Assembly (NCBI GenBank): GCA_946411635.1
Contig: CAMKES010000001.1
Span: 73,810-137,809 of the forward strand
DNA: 64,000 bases
Origin: an uncultured Clostridia bacterium
GTDB lineage: Bacteria; Bacillota; Clostridia; Christensenellales; CAG-138
Direction of reading: 5' to 3'
Numbering within the stretch: the stretch's first letter is position 1; every line of letters starts with the position of its first letter. Below the pieces are notes generated by a model. It was not told the DNA's origin and made no database searches. It saw only the letters and a list, made by a program, of their open reading frames with translations. Shown here piece after piece: positions 38,051-48,646 of this stretch. The position numbers were made by a program, and so were the translations under genes.

Positions 38051-38326
38051 ATCATTTCTCCTTATCGTCAAATACTCGCGGACCGATACCCCGTCCGCTA
38101 TGAAAATATTATATCATGCGTTTTTCTTCGATGCAACAGAAAAAAAGAGAATCGCACGAAATCCGATGCGCTTTTCGACGGAAAAACGACTTTTGCCCGG
38201 GCGCGGCGCTAAAATTCGTAATTTCGTAACAATCCGTTCGATTTTTTTTTGCAAATTCGGGTTATAATGAAGAAAAATAATAGGATGCGCGGAACGTGTC
38301 CTTTTTTCGGAACGGGAGGAAACGGT

Positions 38327-38641
38327 ATGCATATTGCTCTTGGTATTATTATGATCCTGATCGCGCTGGTTCTCGGCTTTTTCGGTTACATGATCGCCAT
38401 GCGCGGCAAATACGCACTGATCACCAACTACGTCATGGAGCGTCACGCCGGCAAGGTTGACAGCGCGTATGCGCAGCGCGTCGGCTGGATCGAGCTGTTC
38501 GGAGCGGTCTATTTCCTGCTGTTCGGCATTCTTGCGCTGTGCTTATCGGACCCCTTTGCGCTGGCGGTGTTCATCATCGGCATCGTACTGTTCGCCGCGG
38601 CGGCGATTCTGAACTTCCTGCTCGGCAAGCGCATGAACTGA
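38327..38641 (+). CDS. Small membrane protein (DUF3784-like)
   Basis: GGGAGG RBS, three hydrophobic helices and GKYALITNY. Confidence 0.65.
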   Translation: MHIALGIIMILIALVLGFFGYMIAMRGKYALITNYVMERHAGKVDSAYAQRVGWIELFGAVYFLLFGILALCLSDPFALAVFIIGIVLFAAAAILNFLLGKRMN

Positions 38642-38777
38642 TTCGGGCCCTTCGTTTCGGAGACGTTTATTCGGCGTCTCCGTTTTTTTGTTGCCGCAGA
38701 GGAAAAATATCGCGGATCCCGAAAGAAAACGCTTGCTTTTTGAGAGACGCGATGATACAATACCCCCGAAAAAAGAA

Positions 38778-38876
38778 TAGCCTTATCAAGAGTGACGGAG
38801 GGACGGGCCCTGTGAAGTCCGGCAACCTGCAGACGCAAGGTGCCAATTCCCGCAGCGTAAGCTGAAAGATGAGATG
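38778..38876 (+). promoter_or_regulatory. SAM-I (S-box) riboswitch
   Basis: CTTATCAAGAG...GAGGGACGGGCCC.GTGAA...GGCAACC...AAGGTGCCAATTCC...GAAAGATGAG. Followed by terminator AAAGCTCA-tctcgg-TGAGCTTTTTT and located upstream of metK. Confidence 0.96.
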
Positions 38877-38933
38877 CATAAAAGCTCATCTCGGTGAGCT
38901 TTTTTGTTTGTCGGTAAGGCGGAAAGAGGAGTT

Positions 38934-40124
38934 ATGAGAAAATCGTATTTCACCAGTGAATCGGTCACGATCGGGCATCCCGACAAGATCTGCGACCAGA
39001 TCAGCGACGCCGTGCTCGACGCGATCATCGAACAGGACCCCAACGCGCGCGTTGCGTGCGAGACCGCCTGCACGACCGGCCTTGTGCTCGTCATGGGCGA
39101 GATCACCACGGAATGCTACGTGGACATCCAGAGCATCGTCAGAAAGACTGTCTGCGACATCGGCTACAACCGCGCGAAGTTCGGCTTTGACGGCAGCACC
39201 TGCGGCGTGATCGTGGCGCTCGACGCGCAGTCGGACGACATTGCGCTCGGCGTCGACCGTTCGCTCGAAAGCAGGCAGGGGCTCGACGCGGATCCCATGG
39301 ACACCGGCGCGGGCGATCAGGGCATGATGTTCGGCTACGCCTGCGACGAAACGCCGATCCTGATGCCGCTGCCGATCGACCTTGCGCACGCGCTCACGCG
39401 CAAGCTCACGAAGGTCCGGCAGAACGGTACGCTTCCGTATCTGCGCCCCGACGGCAAAGCGCAGGTGACCGTCGAGTATGACGGCGACAGTCCCGTGCAT
39501 ATCGATACCGTCGTTCTGTCCACACAGCACGACGAGCACGTCACGCACGAACAGCTCGAGCGCGATATGCTCGAATTCGTCATCCGTCCCGCGCTGCCCG
39601 CGGCGATGTTCGACGAAAAGACGCGCGTGCTCGTGAACCCGACCGGCCGCTTCGTCATCGGCGGACCGCAGGGCGACTCGGGGCTCACCGGCCGCAAGAT
39701 CATCGTCGACACCTACGGCGGCTATGCCCGTCACGGCGGCGGCGCGTTCTCCGGCAAGGATCCGACGAAGGTCGACCGCAGCGCGTGCTACATGGCGCGC
39801 TACGCCGCGAAGAACGTCGTTGCGGCAAAGCTCGCGCGCCGCTGCGAGCTGCAGGTCGCGTATGCGATCGGCGTCGCGAAGCCGGTCTCCGTCCGCGTCG
39901 ATACCTTCGGCACCGGCGTCGTTCCGGACGAAGTGCTTGAGCAGGCGGTCAAAGCGGTGTTCGATTTCCGGCCGAAGGCGATCATCGAATCGCTGGACCT
40001 GCGCCGTCCGATCTATCAGCAGACCGCAAAGAACGGGCACTTCGGCAATCCCGACTTCCCGTGGGAAAAGACCGACCGCGCGGACGCGCTGCTTTCCGCC
40101 GTCGAACGCCTCAAAAACGCGTAA
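38934..40124 (+). CDS. metK: S-adenosylmethionine synthetase
   Basis: FTSESV..GHPDK, GAGDQG and GGGAFSGKD. Confidence 0.98.
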   Translation: MRKSYFTSESVTIGHPDKICDQISDAVLDAIIEQDPNARVACETACTTGLVLVMGEITTECYVDIQSIVRKTVCDIGYNRAKFGFDGSTCGVIVALDAQSDDIALGVDRSLESRQGLDADPMDTGAGDQGMMFGYACDETPILMPLPIDLAHALTRKLTKVRQNGTLPYLRPDGKAQVTVEYDGDSPVHIDTVVLSTQHDEHVTHEQLERDMLEFVIRPALPAAMFDEKTRVLVNPTGRFVIGGPQGDSGLTGRKIIVDTYGGYARHGGGAFSGKDPTKVDRSACYMARYAAKNVVAAKLARRCELQVAYAIGVAKPVSVRVDTFGTGVVPDEVLEQAVKAVFDFRPKAIIESLDLRRPIYQQTAKNGHFGNPDFPWEKTDRADALLSAVERLKNA

Positions 40125-40262
40125 GCGCGGCGAAAAGAGACGGTCGTGACGCGCATCCCGTGTCATCCTGAGTCGATTATCGACGAATGATCTTGAAAAA
40201 ACGCTTTGATTGCATCGGCGCAAAAAAACAGCCCCGTATCGCGCGGGGCTGTTTTGCGTTCA

Positions 40263-41315
40263 TTACGGTTTGCAGTGACCGCAGGGAGAGTAGCCGCTGT
40301 CGATCAAAGCGCTTCGGGTTCCTTCGTACGTTGCTTTATTCTTGTCGGCGATTCTCTTAACGTCTTTACAAGACGGATTATGGAACTTATGCGTCGATGT
40401 GTTGAGAATATAGACCTTTGTCTTCTCATTCGTTTTGACGTTCGACCATTTTCCGTAATATTTTGTCCCTTCGAAAACGTGATAGGATCGGACTCGGACA
40501 TAATAGATTGTATTATCGTTCAGACCCGTGATTGTTTTCTGATCCGTTTTCGGATCTGAAATGGTGACCGTATTGACGTTCTTTGTAAATGCCGAATCCG
40601 TTGCGGTCTGCAGCTGATATCCGGTAAAATGCGAACTCGCGCTCCATTTGGCAGTTAATTTCTTCGATCCGGGGGTAACGGAGATCAACTCGCGCGTAGT
40701 AATGCGTACGGTTGTTTTTAACGGACCGACGAGCCCCAGATTATAATTATCCATCGGGTCGTCATAATATGCTTTTATTCCATATTGATACCGCGTTCCC
40801 GCATATACCTTCGTATCGGTCCACGATGTTGAAGTCGTATTGTTCCACCGAAGAAAATCGGTCCATCCGTTCGTTGCACTGCTCCAGGCACGACGATAAA
40901 TAACATATCCCCGGGCGCCCTTTACGGAAGACCATTTGATTTGAATCCCATTATCCGTGTTCTCAACGCTGGTTGAAGCAGTAGGAGGCAGATAGATTTT
41001 GAACCACAGGGTCTTTTTTTTGCCGGTTTCCTTGACGGTTACATCAACCAACGCGTTCCCGGGATACGTATTGTTCCGATATGACAGCGTATACTCCGAA
41101 GCATTCAACAACCGACCGTTGTACGATACGATGACAGGCGGAGTCAGACTCGACCCGGTATAGACGACGTAAGGGGTTGTTCCTTTATATTTGACATATG
41201 CCGGATCAAATGATACGGAGACAGTATCCGTTGCAGCGGCGTCTGCCGTAGTCGGATGCACGATCACGGCCGAAACCAGCAAAATCAACAAAAGAACAGA
41301 CAACGCTTTTTTCAT
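40263..41315 (-). CDS. Secreted FN3-module protein with C-terminal Ada-type Zn-binding-like motif
   Basis: Signal peptide and FN3 segments (YQYGIKAY; YYVRVRSY...GKWS). C-terminal YILNTSTHKFH.PSC...GYSPCGHCKP. AT-richer than neighbours. Confidence 0.75.
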   Translation of the reverse strand: MKKALSVLLLILLVSAVIVHPTTADAAATDTVSVSFDPAYVKYKGTTPYVVYTGSSLTPPVIVSYNGRLLNASEYTLSYRNNTYPGNALVDVTVKETGKKKTLWFKIYLPPTASTSVENTDNGIQIKWSSVKGARGYVIYRRAWSSATNGWTDFLRWNNTTSTSWTDTKVYAGTRYQYGIKAYYDDPMDNYNLGLVGPLKTTVRITTRELISVTPGSKKLTAKWSASSHFTGYQLQTATDSAFTKNVNTVTISDPKTDQKTITGLNDNTIYYVRVRSYHVFEGTKYYGKWSNVKTNEKTKVYILNTSTHKFHNPSCKDVKRIADKNKATYEGTRSALIDSGYSPCGHCKP

Positions 41316-41327
41316 GGTATAAACCCC

Positions 41328-44300
41328 TTATTTCGTCTTCGCGTAGATCACGTTCGACCAGCCGCCGTAATAGGTCGTGCTCTGGAACACGTGATACGAG
41401 CGTACGCGCACGTAGTAAGTCGTCTTTGCCTTCAGGTCCTTGATGACGCGCTGCGTCGTCTTCGGATTGGAGATCGTGATCGTCTTCAGACCCGCGCTGA
41501 ACGAGGCGTTCGTCGCGTACTGCACCTGATAGCCGGTGAACTTCGAGCTCGCTTCCCACTTGACGGTCAGCTGCTTCGTGCCGGGCGTCACGGAAATGAG
41601 CTTGCGCGTGGTGATGCGCACGGTCGTCTTGAGCGGGCCGACCATACCGAGGTTATAGTTGTCCATCGCGCCGCCGATCGTTGCGCCTGTGACCGGGTCG
41701 GTCCGCTGCGTGAAGTACGCCTTCACGCCGTACTGATAGCGCGTGCCGGCATAGACCTTGGTGTCGGTCCAGCTCGTTGCCGTCGTGTTGTTCCAGCGCT
41801 CGAACGACGTCCAGCCGGAGGAGGAGAGGTTCCACGCGCGGCGGTAGATGACGTAGCCCGCGGCGCCGGGGACCGCTTTCCAGCTGATCTTGACGCCGTC
41901 GTTCACGTTCGCGACCGTCGTGGTCGTCGTGGGCGGCATATAGATCTTGAAGAACACGCGGTTCTCGCTGCCCGTCGCTTTCATGGTGACCACGGCGTAG
42001 CCGGTTCCGGGCTGCTCGTTTTCGAGGTACGAGACCGTGTAATCCGAGGCCGGGATCAGGTTGCTGTCCTTGTCCCGGACGATAACGCCGGGCGCAGCGG
42101 GCGAGCCGTCGAACACGACGTACGGGGTCGTGCCTTTGAACTCCACGTCGTCGGGATCCATCGCGACGGTAAACGAATCGTCCGCGATCGTGAATGCCGG
42201 GCTGGATGCATACAGATAGCAGAAATCGAACCCGGTTGTCGTATAGTCGTCCGCCGTCCAGGTCTGCCCGTCGACGACGACCGTCGGCCCGTCGGCAATA
42301 ACGTATTCCTCGCCGCCGTCGTCGATGCGGATCTGACAGGAGAACCGCCACGTACCGGGCGTGAACGTGTCGCTATAGAAAGCATGAACCCACTCATCGC
42401 CGTCTTTATAATACCAGCCGCCCATGCCGGTTTCAAAATACGACGGAAGGCCCTCCGAAACGGTGAACTCCGGATGTTCGATCGTATTCCCGGCGACCGC
42501 CATTGTCTTCATATCGCTCGATGCAACGATCTTCGAGATCTGGGTTTTATCCTCTTTCCTTTTCGCGGTCTTGTAGACGCCGATCTCGATCTCCGCGTAG
42601 TCCCCGGCGTCGTCCGTCACGCGTACGACAAGATTGCTGTTTTTTCCGGTTTGATAGGGCGTTCCGCTGATCGTGCCGTCCGCGGAGACGTCGACCCAAT
42701 CGGGGCCGGAGGTTTTGCTGAACGTATAGGGCGGCGTGCCGCCGTCAACCGATCCTGCGACGGAGAAGGGCGTGATCGGCTCATTGACGTAGTTGTAATC
42801 GATATAGTAAGAACTGAGTTTGTTGAAGATCAGTTCGCCGCCTCCGGTGATCGTGTATACAGGGCTGGTAGCGTAGGTATAGCAGTAGGTGTCGGAGATA
42901 CTGGCATGGCCGGTTCCGCTCCACTCGACGCCGTTGACCTTAACGGTCGGGCGGTAGGAGAACGAATACCGGTCGCCGCCGTCGTCGATGCGGATCTGGC
43001 AGGAAAACCGCCATTCGCCGGCAGTGAACTGTCCGGAGGAGATGCGGGTCCACTCGCCGTCGATCAGCTTGGACCAGCCGCCCATGCCGGTTTCAAAGTA
43101 TCCGGGTTCACCGCCCGTGACCGTGAACTCCGGCGCCTTGATATCATCGCCGTAGACGGGGACTTCGTCGATATTTGAATTCGCGGTCAGCGTATCGATG
43201 ACCTCGTGCGGATGGTCGGAATCGAAGATCTTGAAATGATGATACGCTTCGCCGCAATACCGGTTGATGCCGTAAACGTAGATATCGCCGTATCCGGGCT
43301 CAACATTGTTGTAATAGCTGACGACGTAATCCGTTCCTTCGGCCAGCAGTTCACCGTTACAGACGATCTGAAGATTGGACTGTGTGAGCGGAGAACCGGT
43401 GTAGTTCATCGGCTCGACGCCGAGAAACTCCGCCTGATAGAGGTCCTCCTTGCTCATGATCTTATAGGAGACCCAGACGTGCTCGATGCCGTCCTCGTCG
43501 AGATACGGCGCTTCGATGATCGTATCGTCGTCGCCGTTGACGGTGAACTGCTGGTCCTCGTGCCAATGACAGCCGGGCGCGAGACCGACGTCGAAGGTGA
43601 TGTAGTACGGATCCATCGGGACGAGATATTCCTCGCTCTCGTTCAGATACCAGGGCTCGCCCGGATCGTCCGAAAAACCGGTGTAGCCGGAATCGGTATC
43701 CACGTACCAGCCCTCCGACGCGTCTCCGGAATACGCGTCAAAATAGCTTGGGCCGCGTCTCGACCGGATCGAGTTCAGGAACGACTGATACGCTTCCGCG
43801 CCTGTCATCCGGTCGGAGACCAGGGGAAAATCGGCGGTGGAATAATGCAGATCGATGGTTTCCGGCGTCGTGCCGAGATAGAAGCTTGTGCCGTAGTTGA
43901 TGCGATCGTTGCTTCGTGAAAACGCCGTGAACGGCCTCCCGCCGAGGCTAATCTCATAAAGAGATCCGCCGTATGAAAAATAGGTCTCGTAATCGATCTG
44001 GTAATCCGAGCTCATGGTTTGCACGCTTACGACGAGCGTCCATACGCCCTCCGTGAACGAGTGACCGGAATAGTAGGTTTCATTGGTCGTCTCGTTGTAC
44101 CAGTACGTCTGGACCTTCAGCGCGGACGTGTATCCGGTCGGGATCGTGCTGGTGACCTTGATGTAAGGCTCGTTCGGATAGAACAGCGGATCGCCGACGA
44201 CCGGCGTGGGAATGTCCTCGCTGATCGACAGCGTGAACGCCTGAATGGTCGTTTCCGCTTTGGCCGTTTCGACCGCGGGCATCAGCACGAGAAGCATCAG

Positions 44301-44333
44301 AACGGAAAGAAGAACGGAAAGGGTGCGTTTCAA
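41328..44333 (-). CDS. Large secreted Ig/FN3-domain surface protein
   Basis: AAGGAGG RBS with TTG start and a signal peptide. Duplicated domain (PEFTV...YFETGMGGW...WRFSCQIRIDDGG), He_PIG-like GPDWVDVSADGTISGTP, and C-terminal FN3 module. Confidence 0.78.
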   Translation of the reverse strand: MKRTLSVLLSVLMLLVLMPAVETAKAETTIQAFTLSISEDIPTPVVGDPLFYPNEPYIKVTSTIPTGYTSALKVQTYWYNETTNETYYSGHSFTEGVWTLVVSVQTMSSDYQIDYETYFSYGGSLYEISLGGRPFTAFSRSNDRINYGTSFYLGTTPETIDLHYSTADFPLVSDRMTGAEAYQSFLNSIRSRRGPSYFDAYSGDASEGWYVDTDSGYTGFSDDPGEPWYLNESEEYLVPMDPYYITFDVGLAPGCHWHEDQQFTVNGDDDTIIEAPYLDEDGIEHVWVSYKIMSKEDLYQAEFLGVEPMNYTGSPLTQSNLQIVCNGELLAEGTDYVVSYYNNVEPGYGDIYVYGINRYCGEAYHHFKIFDSDHPHEVIDTLTANSNIDEVPVYGDDIKAPEFTVTGGEPGYFETGMGGWSKLIDGEWTRISSGQFTAGEWRFSCQIRIDDGGDRYSFSYRPTVKVNGVEWSGTGHASISDTYCYTYATSPVYTITGGGELIFNKLSSYYIDYNYVNEPITPFSVAGSVDGGTPPYTFSKTSGPDWVDVSADGTISGTPYQTGKNSNLVVRVTDDAGDYAEIEIGVYKTAKRKEDKTQISKIVASSDMKTMAVAGNTIEHPEFTVSEGLPSYFETGMGGWYYKDGDEWVHAFYSDTFTPGTWRFSCQIRIDDGGEEYVIADGPTVVVDGQTWTADDYTTTGFDFCYLYASSPAFTIADDSFTVAMDPDDVEFKGTTPYVVFDGSPAAPGVIVRDKDSNLIPASDYTVSYLENEQPGTGYAVVTMKATGSENRVFFKIYMPPTTTTTVANVNDGVKISWKAVPGAAGYVIYRRAWNLSSSGWTSFERWNNTTATSWTDTKVYAGTRYQYGVKAYFTQRTDPVTGATIGGAMDNYNLGMVGPLKTTVRITTRKLISVTPGTKQLTVKWEASSKFTGYQVQYATNASFSAGLKTITISNPKTTQRVIKDLKAKTTYYVRVRSYHVFQSTTYYGGWSNVIYAKTK

Positions 44334-44459
44334 ATCGAAAACCTCCTTACTCCGCGAACGAACGTTCGCATTTATATACACAATACAGTATATATTATCA
44401 AAGAAACGATTGCAAGCGGAAAACAAAAAAAGTCCCCTCGAAAGGGGACGGATGCGGCG

Positions 44460-45782
44460 TTACAGCGCCTTGATCGCGTCGACAACCGCCTTGAGATGCA
44501 TGCCGTACGAGGCTTTGACGAGCACCGTGTCGCCGTCCTGCAAAAGCGCCGGAAGCCGTTCGATCAGCGCGTCGGCGGTTTCATACGCGTCCTGCGGATC
44601 GAACGCGGCGTTTTTTGCGAGCGATCCGACGGTGATCATGCGATCGATCCCGCAGCGCTTCGCGTACGCGCCGATGCGCGCGTGGAAGACGGGCGCGTCC
44701 GGTCCGAGCTCCAGCATGTCGCCGAAGATGCAGACCTTCCGTCCGCCCGCCGTTTTGAGCACGTCGAGCGCCGCCTCCATCGAGGTCGGATTGCAGTTGT
44801 AGGAGCCGTCGATGAGCGTGAACCGCGCGGTCCGCACGACGCCCGCGCGGCCCTCGTCGGGACGGAACGCCTCGAGCGCGAACAGCGCGTTTTCATCGGG
44901 CACGCCGAGCGTATGCGCGACGAGCAGCGCGGCGAGCGCGTTCAGCACCATATGCTTTCCCGCGACGGAAAGCCGGACCGGAAGGCGCTTTCCGAACAGC
45001 TCGGCGGTAAACGAGAGACCGTCCAGCCCGTGCTCGCAAAGGTCGACGGCGCGCGCCGTTACGCCCTCGGAGAAGCCGTACGTCAGCGCGTTCGGGATCG
45101 TGCGCAGATACTCGTCGTCGCCGTTCGCGACGATCGTCCCGCCGGGGCGCATGTGCCGGAGCATTTCGGTCTTGCCGCGGAAGATCCCCTCGCGCGAGCC
45201 GAAAAACTCGATGTGCGCTTCGCCGATGTTCGTGAACAGGCAGATCGTGGGCTGGGCGACGCGCGCGATCGCGTCGATCTCGCCGAAGTGGTTCGTGCCG
45301 AGCTCCATGACGGAGACCTGATGCGTTTCGTTGATCGCGAGCACCGTGGTCGGCACGCCGGTCTGGTTGTTCAGATTCCCGACGGTCGCGTGCGTGCGGA
45401 ACGTCGTTTCGAGCACCGCCTTGACCATCTGCTTCGTCGTGGTCTTGCCGACGCTGCCGGTGATGCACACGACGGGAATGTCGAACCGCTCGCGGTGCAG
45501 CTTTGCGGCGTTCTGATACGCAAGCACGGTGTCGTTCACGCGGATGTGCGGCGTGGGCACTTCGGTGTCCGAAATGCTCAAAACCGCGCCCTTTTCCATC
45601 GCGTCCGGAATGAACCGGTGTCCGTCGAACGTGCCGCCGCGGATCGCCACGTAGCCCATGCCGGGCGTAAGCGTACGCGTGTCGATGGTGAGCCCGTGCA
45701 CGACGGGGTCGCCGAAGCCGGACGGCGCATACAGCGTGCCGCCCGTGGCGTCAAGCAGTTCCCGGATCGTAAAATCAGCCAT
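44460..45782 (-). CDS. murF: UDP-MurNAc-tripeptide--D-Ala-D-Ala ligase
   Basis: ITGSVGKTTTK, GNLNN, MELG, YNCNP.SM, GDMLELG and LVKAS. Confidence 0.93.
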   Translation of the reverse strand: MADFTIRELLDATGGTLYAPSGFGDPVVHGLTIDTRTLTPGMGYVAIRGGTFDGHRFIPDAMEKGAVLSISDTEVPTPHIRVNDTVLAYQNAAKLHRERFDIPVVCITGSVGKTTTKQMVKAVLETTFRTHATVGNLNNQTGVPTTVLAINETHQVSVMELGTNHFGEIDAIARVAQPTICLFTNIGEAHIEFFGSREGIFRGKTEMLRHMRPGGTIVANGDDEYLRTIPNALTYGFSEGVTARAVDLCEHGLDGLSFTAELFGKRLPVRLSVAGKHMVLNALAALLVAHTLGVPDENALFALEAFRPDEGRAGVVRTARFTLIDGSYNCNPTSMEAALDVLKTAGGRKVCIFGDMLELGPDAPVFHARIGAYAKRCGIDRMITVGSLAKNAAFDPQDAYETADALIERLPALLQDGDTVLVKASYGMHLKAVVDAIKAL

Positions 45783-46812
45783 GGTTTTTTTCGAGCGACA
45801 GACGGATGATCGTGTCGCAGAGCTGTTCGTAGGAATATCCGACGACCGCCGCCTCCTGCGGGAGCAGGGAGGTCGGCGTCATGCCGGGCAGCGTGTTCGC
45901 TTCGAGACAGTACGCGTCGCCGGTTTCCGTCAGCAGGAAATCGATGCGTCCGTACACCGAGAGCCCGAGCAGCCGGAAGACCGAAAGCGCGATGCGCTGC
46001 AGCTTCTCCGTCGCTTCATCGGGGATCTCGGCGGGCGTGACCTCGCGCGCGGCGCCTGCCTGATACTTGTTTTTGTAATCGTAAAAGCCGTGGAGCGGAA
46101 TGATCTCGATCGGCGGCAGCGCCGCTTCTCCGAGGATCCCGCAGGACAGCTCGCGTCCCTTGACGTATTCCTCGACGAGGATCGTGTTTTCCATGGAGAA
46201 CGCGAGCTTCAGCGCGTCGTACAGATCCCTGCGCTCGGTCACGACGGACACGCCGATCGACGAACCGCCGTTGCAGGGCTTCACGACGCAGGGGAGCGGA
46301 AGCGAATCGGGGTCGAACGGCTCGCCCGCGCGCAGCAGAACGCCGCGCGGCGTCAGGATCCCGGCGGACTCGAACATCTGCTTGCTGATCCATTTGTCCA
46401 TTGCGTTGCGGCAGCCGGCCGCGCCGGAGCCCGTGTAGCGGATCCCGCGCGAATCAAAGAACGCCTGCAGCTTTCCGTTTTCGCCGCAGTCGCCGTGCAG
46501 CGCCATATAGACGATATCCGCCTGCGCGCACAGCTCCGGCACGTTGAGGCCGATGTATTCATTGAATCCCGTTTTGCGGGAAAGCCGCAGCGCGTCGAGA
46601 TCCGGCTCCGTTTCGCTCACGCGGAACGGGGGAAGCGGCTTTGCGCCTTCAAAGAGATCCGTTTTGCCGTCCCAGTCGGGCAGACCGAAGAACAGATCCA
46701 CCAGGATCGCCTTGTGCCCGAGGGAAAGAAGCGCGTTGCAGGCCATCGTGCCGCTCGAAAACGAAACGTCGCGCTCGGGAGAGAGACCGCCTGCCAAAAC
46801 TACGATTTTCAT
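45775..46812 (-). CDS. ddl: D-alanine--D-alanine ligase
   Basis: GGLSPERDVS, ALHG, GSSIG, FYDYKNKY and LEANTLPGMT. Confidence 0.95.
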   Translation of the reverse strand: MKIVVLAGGLSPERDVSFSSGTMACNALLSLGHKAILVDLFFGLPDWDGKTDLFEGAKPLPPFRVSETEPDLDALRLSRKTGFNEYIGLNVPELCAQADIVYMALHGDCGENGKLQAFFDSRGIRYTGSGAAGCRNAMDKWISKQMFESAGILTPRGVLLRAGEPFDPDSLPLPCVVKPCNGGSSIGVSVVTERRDLYDALKLAFSMENTILVEEYVKGRELSCGILGEAALPPIEIIPLHGFYDYKNKYQAGAAREVTPAEIPDEATEKLQRIALSVFRLLGLSVYGRIDFLLTETGDAYCLEANTLPGMTPTSLLPQEAAVVGYSYEQLCDTIIRLSLEKNHG

Positions 46813-46957
46813 ATGCAATACCTCGCTACGTTACTTTATACCATATTTTTCACGCTATGACAACAGATTCTTGCGTTCCGGGTCAAAAATCGCGCGGATC
46901 CGCGTAAACTGTCGGGGATGCGCCGGGGCACGCCCGGCCGTCCGGAAAGGAGAGACC

Positions 46958-48640
46958 GTGAAACGGATCGTGATCATTCTGCTTGCCGCGCTGCTTGCAT
47001 GCTGCGGATGCGGCGCGCCGCATTCGCCCGAACCGGAGGCGCCCGAACACACCGCTCTGTCGTTTTCCGAGCTTCCTGAGCCGCCCGGGGACGCGGCGCT
47101 GACCGTGCTTCGCGCAAAGGAACTGCTGCTCCGGATCGAAAACGGCGAGCTTTCCGGCGAGGCGGCGCTGGCTAAGCTCGAGACCGCGCAGAGCGTCGCG
47201 CGATCGCTTGAGACCGCGGCGGCCGTCGCCTACGTGCGGTACAGCCTCGACGTGACCGACGAAGCGCGCCGCACGGCGTACGAAACGCTGGAGGGGCAGC
47301 TGTACGAACTCGGCTGCGTACTGAACGACGCGGCGCTTCTTCTGACAAAGGATCCGGCGCTTTCGGACCGGTTCGACGCGGAAACGGCGGAACGGCTCGT
47401 CCGCGCGGACGCGCTTTCCGATCTGTCCGTCTCGTCGCTCGCCGAACGGGAGCGCGCGCTCGTCGGCGCGTACGATACGCTGGAATCGCGGCTCCGTGTC
47501 CCGTACAAGGACCGCGAATGGACGGGGGACGCGATCCTGAACGACCCGACGCTTTCCGAAGAGGATTTCAACGCGCTGTACGAGGCGTATCTGTCCGCCT
47601 TCAACGCGGAGGCCGGCGCGATCTTTCTTGAACTGATCGACGTGCGGACGCGCACGGCGCGGGCGCTCGGCTTCGATTCGTACGTCGATTACGTCTCCGC
47701 GTGCCGGGAACGCGATTACGCGCCGGAGGAGGCCGCGGCGTTCTGCGAACGCGTCAAACGCGTCGCCGTTCCGGTCTTTCTCCGGTGCAGGAACGATTTT
47801 TACGCGGCGGTCGCGCGGCTGTACGGAGCCGTTTTCGAGCGGGAGCCGACGTTTGCGCGCGTCGGGGAAGCCGTCGCCTCGATCGTTCCGGCGTTCTTCG
47901 AACCGTGGGATTACATGCTTTCGCACGGCATGTACGACGCCGGCACGAACGAAACGCGCATGGGCGGGAGCTTTACGACGTATTTTCCGGATTACGGCGC
48001 GCCGTTTCTGTTCACGGCATGGTCGAACGGATTCGAAATGCCGCCGACGCTGATCCACGAGTTCGGGCACTTCGCCGCGTTCTACCGCAACGGCGAAACG
48101 CTGCGCGGCGAGGCGTCGCCGGACCTTGCCGAAATCGATTCGCAGGGGCTTGAACTGCTGACCGTTTTGCGATATGATACGATATACGGGGAATGGGAAG
48201 ACGCGGCGCGGACCGCGGAACTGTATCTGTCGCTGTACACGCTCGTCTGCGGCTGCCTGGAAGACGAATTTCAGCGGTTTGCCTACGCGGCGGAGGATCC
48301 GACCGTCGAAGCGCTGAACGCGGAATACGGGCGTCTGATCGGCGAATACGGCCTTGTCGGGCTCGGCGCGGAGGCGCGGAGCTGGACGCAGATCCCGCAG
48401 ACGTTCCGTTCGCCGCTGTATGAGATCGGCTATGCGGCCGCCATGAGCGCCGCGATGGAACTGTATCGCGCCGGACGGACCGATGCCGCCGCCGCGGCCG
48501 ACGCATATCTGTCGATCGTCGACCGAAGGGCGGGAAGCACGTTTCGAAAAACGCTCCTTCGGACGGGGCTGACCGATCCGTTCGGATCCGAATGGGAGGA
48601 ACGCTTTTCCGAGACGCTCGACGCGATTTTTCCCCGATAG
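46958..48640 (+). CDS. M3-family (oligoendopeptidase F-like) metallopeptidase lipoprotein
   Basis: AAGGAG RBS with GTG start and a lipoprotein signal. ARALGFDSY, TLIHEFGH and LAEIDSQGLE. Confidence 0.82.
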   Translation: MKRIVIILLAALLACCGCGAPHSPEPEAPEHTALSFSELPEPPGDAALTVLRAKELLLRIENGELSGEAALAKLETAQSVARSLETAAAVAYVRYSLDVTDEARRTAYETLEGQLYELGCVLNDAALLLTKDPALSDRFDAETAERLVRADALSDLSVSSLAERERALVGAYDTLESRLRVPYKDREWTGDAILNDPTLSEEDFNALYEAYLSAFNAEAGAIFLELIDVRTRTARALGFDSYVDYVSACRERDYAPEEAAAFCERVKRVAVPVFLRCRNDFYAAVARLYGAVFEREPTFARVGEAVASIVPAFFEPWDYMLSHGMYDAGTNETRMGGSFTTYFPDYGAPFLFTAWSNGFEMPPTLIHEFGHFAAFYRNGETLRGEASPDLAEIDSQGLELLTVLRYDTIYGEWEDAARTAELYLSLYTLVCGCLEDEFQRFAYAAEDPTVEALNAEYGRLIGEYGLVGLGAEARSWTQIPQTFRSPLYEIGYAAAMSAAMELYRAGRTDAAAAADAYLSIVDRRAGSTFRKTLLRTGLTDPFGSEWEERFSETLDAIFPR

Positions 48641-48646
48641 AGGATT

